Positions 60,225 through 64,000 of a stretch of 64,000 bases of DNA are shown one piece after another. The position numbers and the translations under genes were made by a program. Position 1 is the stretch's first letter. Each line of letters starts with the position of its first letter. The notes below the pieces were generated by a model. That model was not told the origin of the DNA and did no database searches. It saw nothing but the letters and a program-made list of their open reading frames with translations. Source of the DNA: Neoechinorhynchus agilis. Taxonomy: Eukaryota > Animalia > Acanthocephala. The stretch covers positions 10,642,784-10,706,783 of the forward strand of contig CM121341.1 in assembly GCA_051530055.1 (NCBI GenBank), written 5' to 3'.

Positions 60225-63200
60225 TCAGTCAAAAGATTGATCAATTATTTCCTCTAGTAGATCCTTTCCACTTGAAACGCATGTTGTTAGGACGCAAATT
60301 TCTAATTCTTAAAAAGAAGTTCTCATCTTCTGTGACCGTACTTACCAGATTTTAAAGTTCGTATGGCTTCGAGTTCAAGATAACTGCATCCGCCGATAAA
60401 GTATACGACTGACATACCACGATCTACTTCTTCAGAGGTACCACTACTGGTTGCACTACCAGTTTTTATCGGCATCTCGTTAGCCCACGAGAAGTCGGAT
60501 TTGGTTAACTTGCTTAGGAGCTGAACAATTACAGGTTGGGTGGAAACTAAAAGCACTTTCATTTGTGGAAATATTTTTTTGCGACTTGTACATACAATTC
60601 GATATAGTATTGGATTTAAATCCAATTTTTTCGAGATTTCTGAAAACAATTACATATTTTGTGCCGTGAACCTAATAAGGACGCGGGCAACGCTTTAAAA
60701 ATACTTCCACGTAAAATTTGAAAGATATTTTTAGTCTCTATTTGACTCTTTTAAACTCGACACTTTCGGTTAACTTTTAAACGAAATTTTTTTGTTCGTC
60801 GTTCACAATGGAAAGTGAATGTTGCGAACACCCGCGAGGGGTTATTTAAACAGTTAAATTTCAATCAAATCGCATACGCTTCGTACTTGACAGAATTCTC
60901 GAATAAGACAAGGAACTGCTTTGTTGCCTTTAATGCTTAGCAAGCAGATAAGTCTCAAAATATCAATCACGTCACCATCTAAATTTTTTGAGAGACCCAA
61001 ACTGGTTTTTATCTTGAACATTAAACAATACCCATATTTCTTGAAATGTACCGAACAGCGTAGGCATCATTGTTCATTACGCCTTTACATGAAAATACAG
61101 TTTAGATTTTTAAGCGAAAAAACATTAAACCTCGTTCACAGTCGATCATATCAAGAAATTGGTCAGAGTTTATGTAATCATTGATTGATTCTGCGATGGT
61201 TGTATCTAATACAACATTGTTAATGACACAAATAGACCAATCAGAACTTACGAATAGATAAAAGTTTTTTGTCGCTTTGGTATTTTGGAATCTTCTTCAC
61301 TACTTCATTGATTTCTTCGACGTTGCTCATAAGTGTTGCTTCCTAAAATATATAAAAATTGATTTAACATGTGATTAATGACTTCCTATATTGGTATAAG
61401 GGCAATGTACTAGAAAAGAGAAAAATCAATGTCTTAAAATTCGAAATGAAGGCTAAGCGTATTTTTTGGAAAATATGACACGGGTTTTTCCATATAGCCT
61501 CTCAACAAAAAAAGGATAATTTGGTAACAAGAATTCGTAATGCTCATATTTCCGATTAGTCTTTTCCATCTCGTTCACAATTGTTCAAATATACTGTTGA
61601 TACAAATCTTAGCACCGATTAAAAGAACTTGGGTGCACATACACGATACCCATCGCGCCGTAAAAAGATTGCAGTGAGCTTTAGAAAAGTCCCTAAAGCA
61701 GTTCTAATGGTTAAAAACACTTTTATCCCACTAAATGGCCGTTTTGTGCTTATTATCCAAATATCTCTAGAGGTAGACGGAACTGAAGCGACTGGAATAC
61801 TAACATCATGAATAGCACTTAGTTCGATTGCAATTCGATTCAAAACGCTTCCAACTTCAGAAAAGCGCAAATGCCTCAATTCACAGAACATTCCATCATC
61901 CAAACCCCTTAAATCAAACTTTCGAGCTTTGTCATCGACATACGAACGTGGGCCTTGAGGAGAAAAATCCTCAGTGTCTTTAGCGCTTAGTACGCTAACG
62001 TCCACCACACCTATGATTATGGAAACTGATAAACGATTTATAAATCAATATTTACCATTAACGATTTTAAATCGATCGTGGATAAGACCTTCGTAACTAT
62101 AGTCGGTTAGCAGAATAGAGTAAAGGTCCTGAGATCTATCAAATAGAATTAGATTGCATCCAATGTCACATTTATGACTTCTGTCTTTTGTTAGGGACTC
62201 AGCTACCGTCTTTAAAAAATTCGTTGAATCCAAAAAAACAAAATATTACTTTTGCATGCTTCCCGTACGCAGATATTCTGGAAAAGTGGAATCCGCTAAC
62301 TCTCTCAAACTGCTCCAAAGCCAATTGAACCCACTGTAGTTTCATTTCATTATTCCTCATAAACGTATCCTTAAGTGACATTGCGTAGAAGGCTTTTTTC
62401 GAATTGTGAAAATACCGTGAAAAAACGATGATCGTTCATGGTGTATAAGTCATTCGAAAGGGGAACCATCAGAAACCTGAACTCCAGTAAGCTCGCCTTC
62501 ACATTCATTTTCTTAAGTCACATAATTCATGAACCAGTTTTCAGAGTCTAATGATTCTGCCCACATGGATTAAAGTCTTGCAAATAGGACAAACCATCGG
62601 AACGAATATCGAACATTGCGTTTTGCATCATAAGCGTTGGTTCTCAAAAAAAAATCGCTATAAAGCTTTAAACCAAGTAATTTAGATTGATTTTAAGTAC
62701 AAAGTTCTTGTTGATAAAAATTAATACAGCATCAGTTATCAATCAATTGGGAAGAAAATTTTCGGGGATAATAACCGGAAGCAATGGTTTTTTCCATAAA
62801 TATGCAAGTTTGAACTCGCAGAGTCATGAGTTAAACTTATTCGAAGTGTAACTGTATCATTTTAATGTTACCGACGCATGCGAGAGAGAAACAAATCGAT
62901 ATATAACAAATATTGTCTTTAGAAAAAAAAGAATTTTAACGCATCTCTTCTATTATTTATATCACAAAAATTTAAATTGTTATTCTCCCTCACAGAACTT
63001 CACAGACTCTCCTATAAACAATAATTACCAATTCTCACCTGAACGAACTTCTTACGCTATACTATATTCCGACTCGACCGGACCCGTAAGCCACTCCAAA
63101 ATCAACAGCCACATTCATTTATCCTATAAGAACTCGAATGTTTATGAGGACCCAAATGTTCATAGTTTTCCTTCTTTATTCATTGATGAGACGTGTTATT

Positions 63201-63853
63201 ATTATAGGAAAAACTATATTTTTAATGGAAGAATGAATATGTCTGAAATTCAGAAAAAATAAATTTTGATGGTTTGTTCACCTTTCGTTCAGTTTCACTT
63301 GGACCATGTCAGTACAAAAAAAGAAGCACAAAACTGTGCAAATCTTAATCGCTTAAATAAAGAAGTAATTCCGAAATCACTGTCCCATGGTAGGCGAGAG
63401 ATCGCAATACGCAATGTTCATCGTATAATTCCGACATTGATTCCGCTCTCAAATTTTCTTATTTGTTCACAAATACGTTTTAAAGACTCAACCAACGGTC
63501 GTGTTATGAACACTAAACTTGAAGTTACATTTCTTTTACTAAAATCGAGTTTAAATGCTCCATTAATCGAATGCATTGATTCCACACCATGTTCCTTGCA
63601 AAAACCTATATATATTGATTTCATAACTATTGATTGCATACCTTTAATAATCCATACTGGGCTACAATCCCAACGGTAGATGCCAGCACCTCGTCCCAGA
63701 TTAATATCTTTATGTAACTTTTGGCAATAAATTGATCACAAAACGAATATGAACCTTTGGACCAGGTATCTCATCAATAATGTTCAGAAACTCATCTCTG
63801 TATAGTTCTATAAGTTCCAATGAAATGCGGTTTAAGACATTTTTGGATGACAT
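60225..63853 (-). CDS. VPS33: Sec1/Munc18-family VPS33; many short GT-AG introns, one ~460-nt GT-AG intron and one TA-bounded insertion
   Basis: LIWDEVL..AQYGLLKEHGVE, FITRP, IFVP, LILFDRSQDL..LLTDYSYEGLIHDRF, NLEKIG, VVYFIGGCSYLELEAIR. Confidence 0.85.
62607..63425. other. 817-nt ATA/TA-bounded, inverted-repeat insertion in VPS33, containing a nested LINE 3' remnant
   Basis: TA at 62607-62608 and 63424-63425; arms GAACATTGCGTATTGC / GCAAAACGCAATGTTC; removal gives GINVGIIFVPMV; 63075-63140 resembles 4885-4960. Confidence 0.8.
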
Positions 63854-64000
63854 CTAAAAAGGTACATAGATCCACGACTTTAATTTAGAGATAAATTTTT
63901 ACTTATCATTTAAGATGTCATGGCTCAATTTGCAGAAATCCAACAATGTTCGATTATTTCCGAAATTACAAAATTAATGACTTGCAATGCCCAATAAAAC

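Overview
AT-rich, compact eukaryotic DNA, probably from a fast-evolving animal (forkhead, Emi1-like and metazoan-like USP39 genes; short ~40-50 nt GT-AG introns; standard code). Host genes: ARPC1-like, EFL1, a divergent forkhead gene and a USP gene (both twice, in a ~6 kb segmental duplication), Emi1/FBXO5-like, eEFSec, PSMB4, USP39, a giant Cys-rich repeat protein, an unidentified multi-exon gene and VPS33. Between them lie nested, mostly decayed retroelements: CRE-like, APE-type LINEs, a Gypsy and several Penelope-like (PLE) families. Two things stand out. (1) Seven insertions (55, 55, 190, 208, 213, 214, 817 nt) interrupt five conserved genes. None has GT-AG ends. Each lies between two TA dinucleotides and carries its own subterminal inverted repeat, and removing it plus one TA restores the frame and a homologue-like motif. 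That is the signature of ciliate TA-IESs or of a non-canonical intron class; two of the seven also have an acceptable canonical alternative. (2) More than 20 hammerhead-like motifs are present. They include minimal PLE-type hammerheads with covarying palindromic stem III, several in head-to-head pairs, and a tRNA-Ser-derived SINE whose three hammerhead strands lie in an order that cannot fold as type I, II or III. Everything here was read by eye; homologue comparisons are from memory and no search or folding program was run.
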